Shown in pieces: positions 54,294-64,000 of a stretch of 64,000 nucleotides of DNA. Both the position numbers and the translations under genes were made by a program. The DNA is from Gnetum montanum (Eukaryota > Plantae > Gnetophyta), in contig MNCI01000737.1 in the NCBI GenBank assembly GCA_015680685.1, positions 678,440 through 742,439 of the forward strand. The letters run 5' to 3'. Within the stretch, counting starts at the first letter, position 1. Each line of letters begins with the position of its first letter. The notes beneath the pieces are model-generated. The model was not told the origin of the DNA. It searched no databases and saw only the letters and a list, made by a program, of their open reading frames with translations.

Positions 54294-55960
54294 TGATGGG
54301 TCATCATTGTGTCTACCCCAATATCAGATACTCGATATTGAGGCTTTGATATCGGGTACGCAATATTGGGTCCCAAGAAACAATGTTGAGTATCTGATAT
54401 CATCTCCTTTGTGCTAGCCTATAAATACAACACTTGGGTGCACGATTGGGACATAGTTTTAGTTCTCAGTTTTTGATAGTCTTTCTTAGATTTTTGAATT
54501 CTAGTTTTGCTATTCCTAGTGCATGCCCACAATGTGATGTTTGTAATCATATGGCACCTTTGTTCGAGTGTGATGTACTTGGACATAGTACATGACTGAA
54601 AATAAAGATTGAGATTACTTCCATCATTGCCACATTCACTTAGATTTATTATTGTTTTTATTATTTAATTATTTACTATTTTTTAGTTAATGTTTAAATT
54701 TATTGCTATTTACTATTCCTATCATTAAGTGGAATGAGTATGACTTAATAATGAGTGCTTAAGTGTAAGTACTTGGTAATCCAGCAGTGTATTGTTTGGC
54801 ACACCCAGTGATGTAGGCTTGGCAATCCCAGCGGTAGTTATATGAGCTCCAAGGCGTGTATGAACGATTGGAGATTAATGAGTGGCAAGGTACCCCTACA
54901 CTCAACCATATGAATACGAGCATTTCACGCATGATCCGGTCGAACTCCAAGGACTAAGTGCTTACGCACCTTAATGGAACACTCAGGGTTAATCAATCAT
55001 TGTCTTCCCAAACTTACTTGTATTGTAACGGTTGTATGGTTAAGTAAGCTTGAGGTATATGATTTTTATAGCTTTTTGTCTTTTTATGTCTTCTCCTAAT
55101 AAAGGAAAAAGAGAGAGAACTAAGTGACTGACTTACATTAACTAGTTCTAAATGTTCCTAACACTAGTATCCATTCCCACTTGTCATACACATCCTGAAC
55201 TAGTGCAACGCTACTGGGATTACCAAATGCTAATCGTCACTGGGTTACCAAGCACTACATGCATGCTCGAAGCGGTCGTACTGAGTGTATTTAACTAAGG
55301 GGGTTGAACGTTGAGAAAGATATTAATTAGCTAAGAAAGAATTAAAAAATCATTAATTACTAATTAGCTTAATTTATATGCTGCAAGGTTTATCATAAAG
55401 TTCGCCTTTATTGCCGTACAAAAAATTGTGCTCAGGTACAAGTTGCTCGAATAAAGATCCGTTCACTCTATGACTCCTACTGCGGGCACACAGAAATAAT
55501 TCTAACTCTGGAATAACAAAACTTCAAGAATTTGGCTAAGGGTCTAAGTCTAACTACATGGAACCAAGGGCGCCGCCTCTTATTTATAGAAGATGAGGCA
55601 GGACGCGATATCGCATATGCGATATTGCGTGGCGGATGCGATATCGCAGCTCATCAGAGATGGATACTCATCATTCATAGGCTAGTTTAGATCTTATTTT
55701 CCATTGTTCATTAGCTTAGTTAATTTATCTCTTTATTGTTATTAGGAGCAGCATAGAATTAGACAAATATCATATGTGTCACTTTGGACTAAACCATACA
55801 TGACAAAGCTAGCACTAGTCCAAGCGGGAAGACAGTGAACTGTGATTAAAGCATAATGATCTAAATGCCATAACTAGTTTCATCCATAGAATTCGACTGG
55901 ATCATGCTTGAACACTTGTGATTTGTATGGGTGGGTGTAGGGGTACCTCGCTGCTCATCA
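54294..55960 (+). mobile_element. LTR, subfamily B, hosting a nested LTR
   Basis: TGATGGG...CTCATCA; flanks TACCT/TTGGC do not match, so there is no TSD. Confidence 0.8.
54876..55656 (-). mobile_element. Solo LTR, subfamily A, nested antisense in a subfamily B LTR
   Basis: TAATGAG...CTCATCA; perfect TSD GAGAT. Confidence 0.92.
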
Positions 55961-56079
55961 TTGGCATCATTGCCGATGATGGTGCTAGTTATCTAGATTA
56001 GTTATATCATGAAAACACCCAATCATATAATCCATAAGTATTGTGAGGGATTGTATCATAATTTATGGATGAAACTATC

Positions 56080-56831
56080 AAAGTATCTAGATAGTTAAAC
56101 ATGAGATCGTGAGCTGCTATCTTCCCACTTGGACTAGTAGTAATTCCTAGTGTATATGGTTTAGTCCAAGGTGAGGCATATGATCATAATGTTGTTTGAC
56201 ATTTAATAAAACAAGGTAAAAACATAGAAATTAACTAATTAATCTAACAAATAATAAAGTAAATAATCCTAAGCTAGCGTAAGAGTGATGAATATTAAAT
56301 TTCCTATTTATTATACATGTCTTGAGCTCACATGCCTACTACTAGGATTACCAAGCTTTATGCGACAAGGCAAACCAAGTAATAGCATTACTAGGATTAT
56401 CAAGAGAATACACATTTACACTCAAAACTAGTCATGCTTGTTCTACCATGATTAATGTGCATGAAAATGTAAATTATTATGCTAATTGCAAGGAAAATAA
56501 TTGCAAGAAAGTAAATGTATTCTAAGTTAGAATGCTGGAATGAAATGAAATCAATCTTAATCTTTATTTTCATTCATGGAACATGTTCAGGTACATCCCA
56601 CTTAAATAATGAATCCAAAAAATTGCCTCAAAATGACTCAAAACTATGTTATGGACACTTGCTAACTACTACAGAAACTAAGAAAATAAACTAATAGAGT
56701 TTGGCTACGCTATGACCAAATGGTATTATAAGTGCAATTGGTGAACCCTATTTATAGGCATTTATTATGATTGTAAATCATATCCTAGCTACAATCTACA
56801 ATATGACAAATGTATCACTCAATTTTCATCA
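56080..56831 (-). mobile_element. Old partial LTR, subfamily B
   Basis: TCTTCCCACTTGGACTAG...ATGGTTTAGTCCAAGGTGAGG stem block, GGATTACCAAG repeats, TATTTATAG, terminal TTCATCA; the LTR 3' end is missing. Confidence 0.7.
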
Positions 56832-59452
56832 ATTCTAAGACAAGGACTATGTTTGTGTTTCCTTGCAAAAATGTCATCTTAGCCTTAAGCTTCCCAACAT
56901 ATGGTGCTTCATCACATATTATGATCACACATTATTTAACACTTGTAGTTATCACAGGGTATAGTTAAATGTAGTTGAGGCATATTATTAACTGTATTAT
57001 TTTCCTCAAAATAGTAGTAAAGAACATCATAATAATGAATATTAAATTAATTAACAAATATAATTAAAATGATCTAACTCATAGTATGAAATGAATAAAT
57101 TCTAAACTTGTTAAGTAATCACTCTATCAACCTATCAATAAGCGTCTAGATCTTACATGTTAACTATTACATGAACAAAGTTAAGTGTTAAGGCATCGAA
57201 GCTTCGATGTACTCAATTTATGATAATTATCATTAACTATCATTAATAATTAATGTATAATGCTTAAAAGTAAATTGTATGAAAAGTAAAAGCTAAAGTA
57301 AAACTATTATAATATGTTTGGAATCAATCTTGATATTCTTGCCAAATATGGTTATATTCAGGCATAACCAATAAAATAAGATTGTCAATTAAAACTAAAA
57401 CATACTATGCATGTGTTTATTGGACTAGAAATGCTACTTTCTTGATTTTTATGTGGAGCATTTATCAGTAGGGTATCACATGGTATTGATAAGGTTAATG
57501 TTGCATGGACATTAGTACATTGACACAATCCCTAATAGCATGATTCATTATACCTTAAAAAATTATTCAAAACTCATCCTCATATTTATAGAAAATGAAC
57601 TATATACAATTACAAAAATTTCAACTCATTTGATTAACAAAATTACAAGCATTGCATACAACAAAATTTCAAAGTGATTAGTCTTAAAAACAAAATTACT
57701 CTATCTTCCATAGCTTGCATATTATTTCTTAGCATGATGTTTTAAATCATAGTATATATATCATCAGCTACAGTTAATTTCTTAAGGATTAGAGGATAAA
57801 TAAATAGCTTTACAGTTAATGACTAGTTGAGATGTAGTAGGCAGTTATTAGTCTTAGAATAATAAAAATAGCTAGTTATAAGAAAAAAGAAAAAAAAAAT
57901 TTAAAAAGATATAATGACTAGTTTTAGGAAAAGTCAAATTCATCATCATCATCATCATCATCCTAGTGTTATCCTAACAAAAGCTATACTATTATTAAAA
58001 AAACAAGCAACAAGAGAAAAATGACAAAAATAACAACAATAATTTAAACAAATAAAGGTAAATCAAAATAACTAGTTAAAAAGTATTAAAAAAATCATAA
58101 TGTTATTTCAATTATAATTAAACTCATAACCTCTAACATATAAGATAATGAACTTATAAATACACATAAAAAAATAAGAAACATATAAATTATTAAAAAG
58201 AGTATGTGAGATGGAGCATATTAAATTAAGTAAGATTTTTAAAAATATTTCTAGATTTCTTAATTTGTATTATAAAAGGCTACCAAACCAAATGGGTAAA
58301 TGTCATACCCTGAAATTAACTATAGGAAAACATAAGAAATTACTTGCAAGACTGATTAGTGGCGAGGTACCCCTACACTCAACCATACGAATGCGAGTGT
58401 TTCATGCATGATCCGGTCGAACTCCGCAGAAGAGCTAGTTGTGTTATCTAGACAGTTATCCTTATATCACCGTTCGCTATCTTCCCATCTGGACTAGTGT
58501 TAACTTTGTCACGTATGGTTTAGTTCAGAGTGAGGTGTATGATGTGTTCCTACACTAATGCTACTCCTGGGTATGATGGTAAAGAATATGAACTAACTAG
58601 GAAAGGGAGAGGGTGAGAGAGAATGTAACTAGCCTAAGTGCGATGAGCATCCATTCCTTAATCATCTGTACACATCTTGGACCTCATGCATGATTGCCAC
58701 TGGGATTACCAAGCACATGGCCAAAGTATGCTACTAGGTTACCAAGTAGTCACACTTAAATGCTCGTGATTAAGTCGTACTCATTCCGCATTACTAGGAG
58801 ATAAGGGTAAAGAGATATTAACTATGAAAGCAGTGAATAACAATGACAATAACAATAACAATTAAATAATTTAAATTAAGTGAATGCTGCAATGATGAAG
58901 TAATCTTGATCTTTATTGTTGGTCATGTGCATGTCCAAGTACATCACACTCAAATAAGGATGCCGTACAATTACAATCACCACACTACGGGCATGCACTG
59001 AGAGAGAAGGGTTGAGAGAAGAACTACTTAAAACTAAACACTTAAAGAGAACTCTAACAACTAAAAAAATGCCTCCCAGATCTGTCTACCTCTTATTTAT
59101 AGATGAGGAGATAGGCTGCGATATCGTGTACACAATATCACGTCTAGGCTGCGATATTGCGTACGCGATATCATATATGCGATATCGCGGCCAATAAAAT
59201 GATAACTCATCATACCCCCATGACTGAATGAAAACTCGTCCTCGAGTTATAGTGAGAACAAGCTCCAATAATTGCACAGTGGATAGGTATGAGATTATTG
59301 ACTAGTGAATGGGTTCACGTCGCAGTGTGGACTTAGAACAAAATTGAGACACAACACAAAGAATGCGAAAGAGAATCCTATGGCTACAAAATTGATGGAA
59401 CTCATGTAGTCCCAAGTGGCAAGGGCTCCTCCATAGGTGCCTTTCCCTTGTC

Positions 59453-62400
59453 TTATGCTCCAGGTCTTGGGACTTGATGGCGTTGAAGTATGGCCTGGAG
59501 TTTCTCCTCTTCGGTTTGGGGATACTGTGTTGTCCATGCTAATGTTCCAATGTTTGATGGAGTTGGCACCTCCCATAGGCAAGGTAGTTGCGAAAACATT
59601 TGATTTGGCTTGACATACCAAGTTGCAAACACCTGTCGTTCCTCCTCGTAGGCTCTGGCTTTGTCTTTGTATTCTTGAAAGTCTGCAAGAAGTCGACCTA
59701 AGTTTGTTGCGACACCTTTTTGTCCTTGGTAGCTTGCTTTAACCACCTCAAGTTTAGAATTTGCAATCTCCAGTTTTTGCAATATCTTTTTACATTCTGC
59801 AAATTCTATTTCATATTTGATGTAGGTGGTGGCTACCTATTGCTCGAGCTCTGTTCTCAGGTGCCCTACTGTTAACATGGCAAGGTTGGCATATCGCAGG
59901 TTTGCCAACTCCATGTATTCTGTAATGTCCTGGATTTGCAGGTCTTGGTTCTTAACTTCAGCCTGGTGGGCAAATGCATATATGTCCAATGTGGCCCGCT
60001 ACTCAGTGTGTTGAGCACTGATAGCTTTGATGTGGGCTTTGGCCATATGGATCTCCTTCTCAATGATCTGCTTATACATCCCCACCTGGTTCTGGAAGTG
60101 CTCCTTTAGCTTTTCATGCTATTTAGCCTCATTCTGCCACGTGCTTATTTCAATAGCTGTCTTCTGGCGGATGGCGCATACCTTCTCCATTGAGAGGGTT
60201 TGATTTTTCCTAGCTAAATGGTCCATGTCCTGGTTGACTCGGATGAGTTGTTCTCGTAACTACTGAAAATGTTCTTCAAGAACATTCCTTTGCTTTTCCA
60301 TAGAGGTCAACCGAAGGTTGTCGGCAATAAGCTTCTTGTTTTCCTCTTGTAAGGCCTTGAGTGCCTTGATATGCACATAAGTTTACACTTATGCTGTAGA
60401 GGCATCCCAATCAGTCTTCTCTTTTTCTTCTACCACCTTCTTATTCTCTGTTAATAATTTAGTCAGTTGCTCAGTTTTGAAAATGTCCAGTTGGTCTATG
60501 GGAACAAATTGCAAAGGATCTCGTTGTGCTGCTTGTAGGGTCATGAGCCTTTCTTGCAATCTTTGCACCTCTGCTTCAGCATGCTCAGCCCTCATGTCTG
60601 TTAAGACCAACTTCCCTTTGGTGGAAATGAGGTCTGATTGAATTACCATAACATCCTGAGGGATGTCAAACAGAGACATCATTACTTTTCCTATTTGTAG
60701 TAATCAATCAAGTACATCCTCATGTTCCGTAGGAGTCATTGAGGTTCCGGTAAGAGTTTGAGCATCCCATGCTTCTGTAAGATTTGCTGGTGGCACAATA
60801 GGTACGTTGAATGATTCCTTAATGTGGTCTCCGACCACTTCTACGGCTCCTACTGCATCCTGGTGCTACATGACCATCATTGTGGCCCCTTCACCAATTT
60901 CTAATTCCACTTGAAAAGATGCAGCATTCCTTGAGATCTGTTGTGACCAAGTGCTCTCCCCTCCTCATGTATGAATGGACACTTCACCCCTTGTGCAATC
61001 CAAAGAAACTATGGGTTGTATGGCATCGTCGATGACGTGGAAGAGATTTGCATCATCACAACTTCCCCAACTAACTGTCTCAATGATGGCCTTGAGATGG
61101 CTCATCAACAGTCTGTAATCTTGCGATGACGGTGGTTGATCCTACTGGCTCATGTTAGGCCTTGCTTCTTGTTGTTGGCTGGGTCCTATGCTTGGAAGTT
61201 GGCTAGGCCCTGCAAGTTGAGTTGCAGTTGGCCCTGCCGTTTGTTCCTTTTCTTGTTCTAGCCCCAGCATCTCACTAGTGATTTTCCTTGCAATTGGTGG
61301 CTTTAGTAGTTCAGCATATGAAGCATTTTGGGCTTTTTGGAGGACATCATTGGTGTATCCTCTGATACCAGCACGTCTACACAGCTTCCTGATAAGACAA
61401 GGAAAGGGCAATGCAAGCTTCCCTATCTTTCGTTCTTCAAACCACCTCAGGATCTCTGTAAAATATAGATGATGCAGGTTAGCGTTAATCTTTCCCATCA
61501 ACACTACACATCCTATAGCTGCATATGTTGAAATTCTTTTTAAGCCATTTATGGGGAAGAGGTGATAAGTTCCCATTTTAAAGTAAATCCTTTCTTCTGT
61601 TGTCAACTCCCCAAACATCTTATCTTCCTTGCCATACACCCTTTCCAACCAAACTCTTCGTGCATTAGGGTCTGAATGGGTAGACAACTGAGCAACCTTT
61701 GGCCCTGTATTTGGAAGGTTTAATACTTTCGAAATGGCCTGAACAGAGAAATCGATTGTCACACCACAAATGTTAGCCGTGGTGTCTTGTTCCTTGTTGT
61801 GCCAAAATTGGTATGTTTCCCCTAAGTACTAGGCACCGCTTTCATAGAGGATAGGCCATAATGGGGATCCTTTGAGGTGGTCCCTAATGGACTCTGGAGA
61901 AAACTCTGCAAAAGATTCAAAATTTAATTCCACAATCACCACAATGAATATGGACTTTTCATGGATAGCCTGAACACAATCCTGGTGCAACGTGAGATGT
62001 TGTCCCTGTTTAGGCATTGCAGCAGCTCCTCCTTCCACTTGCCTTGATTGTACAGTAGTAGGGTGATGAGATGCGACTTACACTAGGCTGCGATATCGTG
62101 TACGCGATATCGCATCTTCTCTTGCGATATCGCGTACGCGATATCGCGTCCCGCCGCCATTTCTATAAATAAGAGGCGGCACTCCCTTCATTTCCCAATC
62201 CTGGCTAGTGTAGTGAATCTCTGGCCGATTGATCACTCCAGAGTTAGAATTTTTCCCCATGTGCCCGCAGTAGGAGTCCTAGAGTGAACGGCTCTTTATT
62301 CGAGCAGCTTGTAACCTGAACCCAAGTTGTGTATGGCAATAAAGACGAACTTGTTTGGATAAACCTTGCAGCACATGGTTTCATTTATTGCTTTCATTTA

Positions 62401-63046
62401 CTGCTTTCCTAGTGCGTTCAAGTACGACTTGATTACGAGCGTCTACGGACGTGTACAGTTAGTCAAGGAATCGGCTGCTTATCACACGTAGGCTAAATAG
62501 GTGCCTCAGTACGACCACTTCGAGCACTTGCGTTACGCGTGGCGATCCCAGTAACGATTAGCGTTTGGTAAGCTGCAGTTGCATAGTTCAGGGTGTGGCC
62601 GGTAAGTGGGAACGGATGCTGATGCTAGTTAATTTAGACTTAGATCTTAGTTAGAGTTAGTTTAGTTTTCTCAACCCTTTCTCCTGGTAGCATAGAAGAA
62701 AAGCCGAAAAATACCAAAAAAATCACATACCTCAGACTTGCTTAACCATACACCGTGACACATACAAGCAAGCCTAGGAAGACAACGAACGATTAACCCC
62801 AAGTGTTTCTTGTGGCGTTAAGGCATTTAGTCTGCGGAGTTCGACCGGATCGCGCGTGCACGCTCGTATTCGTATGGTGGAGTGTAGGGGTACCTCACCA
62901 CTCATCATAGGGTCTTCTTGGTGGATGCTAAATGATTGTTCCTTCTACTCTGCATGCTTTTCGGCAAGGACTTGTCCTGCACCTCTCCTAGGTCGTTTGC
63001 TCCCACCTTAAGTAGGACCTTCCTGTTGTCCGCATTTCGGGGCCAT
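59453..63046 (-). pseudogene. Accessory ORF (~910 codons after removing the nested LTR), disrupted
   Basis: ATG at 63046 after a GTGATTGCAG acceptor; TIDFSVQAISKVLNLP, LPFPCLIRKLCRRAGI, coiled coil; ends ...VPRPGA*. Confidence 0.78.
62064..62907 (+). mobile_element. Young solo LTR (subfamily A-like) inserted antisense in the accessory ORF
   Basis: Family termini; perfect TSD TAGGG; CpGs largely intact. Confidence 0.95.
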
Positions 63047-63521
63047 CTGCAATCACATGGGGCCAATCATTAGTAAGGTTGTTTTCCAAAGTTAGGTTAT
63101 ACCTTACTACTTGCCTTAATGAATTTATTTTATCTCCGTGTGATGTTTCCTAAAAGATTATAATATTTAGTCTTTTCGCTTAGGTGGTTTTCAAATCTAA
63201 TTTTCCGGTATAACTAAGGGGGTGGAATTTTTTTTGACACATTTATCTTTAATTTTATAACTCATTACCCTTGATAATATCCTTTGGGTGATGAAAAATT
63301 TCAAAAAATTTATGTGCTATTCGGCCTATGCCCCTCCCCCACGACCGAGCTGAACACTCTAGGTTCAAGTGGGTTCAAACGGAATGAAAATCGGAGGACC
63401 AACGAGCGAGATATGGATATGAAAGTAAGGGTCACACAATCACAAGTCGTAGAGAGAAATTTGAAAAAAACTTCCCCCACGTGAATAGTTGATAATGAAG
63501 TTAAGTGGCGCAGGGGGATCA

Positions 63522-63626
63522 CGTATATATAGGTTTGTGGGACGCGATATCGCATACGTGATATCACATACACGATATTGCATTGGCCACGATATTGCGT
63601 GCACAATATCACGGCCTATCGATATT
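63522..63626 (-). promoter_or_regulatory. Internal promoter of the second copy
   Basis: Array of GCGATATCGC and degenerate boxes at 63545-63626, followed on the minus strand by CCTATATATA. Confidence 0.65.
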
Positions 63627-64000
63627 AGGGCATACTACAAGACATCGAGTTTTTAAGATTTTTCTCAAATTACGATGGAAATTAAGGACACCTAGATTGT
63701 TGTTAAAGGGGTCCAAGGTAATGTAACTTAGTTTTGAAGGCACGAAAATTATGATGGTGTGGAATTGATCAATAAGGGCCTTGGGTGGTAAGGGAGAGAA
63801 AAAGGCTATGTGATGGTTCATAGGAACTGTTAAATCAGAGGGGTAGTAATGACGAAAAGAATATCATTGAAAATATGTCGAGGGTAATAGATGGTATGTG
63901 GAAGATGTGTTATGAGGGAAAATTACAAAGATTACGCAAGTGGGTCCTCCCCAAAGCAGGTTCCAACCTATAATGCCCTTGCGTAACCACACTTACAAGT

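Larger units (their letters stand above)
58353..64000 (-). mobile_element. Second long copy of the TGATGAG-family retrotransposon: internal promoter, accessory ORF, PPT-like tract, 3' LTR 58353-59212
   Basis: TGGGGGTA immediately precedes the LTR start (59213-59220); ORF and upstream region are homologous to 2100-5626. Confidence 0.88.

Noticed and set aside
6734-58353. Two inverted long copies acting as a composite transposon around the two genes
   Set aside because: The copies are clearly diverged, share no TSD, and retroelements do not mobilise this way; they are independent insertions.
62090-62150. CRISPR-like array
   Set aside because: These are short palindromic boxes without unique spacers in a eukaryotic LTR, and no cas genes are present.

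Overview
AT-rich land-plant nuclear DNA with three N-gaps. Two intact-looking host genes are present: a 7-exon pfkB fructokinase (30759-33692) and a class I HD-Zip transcription factor (44969-45917). There is also one orphan exon of malonyl-CoA:ACP transacylase. The rest is mostly decayed TEs: a hAT transposase, L1-type and RTE LINEs, a chromovirus Ty3/gypsy element and tRNA-like relics. One LTR family (termini TGATGAG...CTCATCA, 5-bp TSDs) dominates, with about 9 solo or partial LTRs plus two longer copies at the window ends, each carrying a ~900-codon accessory ORF. This family is the best candidate for an undescribed system, for three reasons. (i) Its very short U3 is built from palindromic SCGATATCGS boxes ahead of a TATA box. 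(ii) The same box array plus TATA recurs as an internal promoter ahead of the accessory ORF, which appears to have a 5'-UTR intron. (iii) The 3' part of the LTRs can fold into a multi-stem, pseudoknot-like RNA whose main stem covaries between subfamilies. All alignments were done by eye, and the boundaries of old TEs are approximate.
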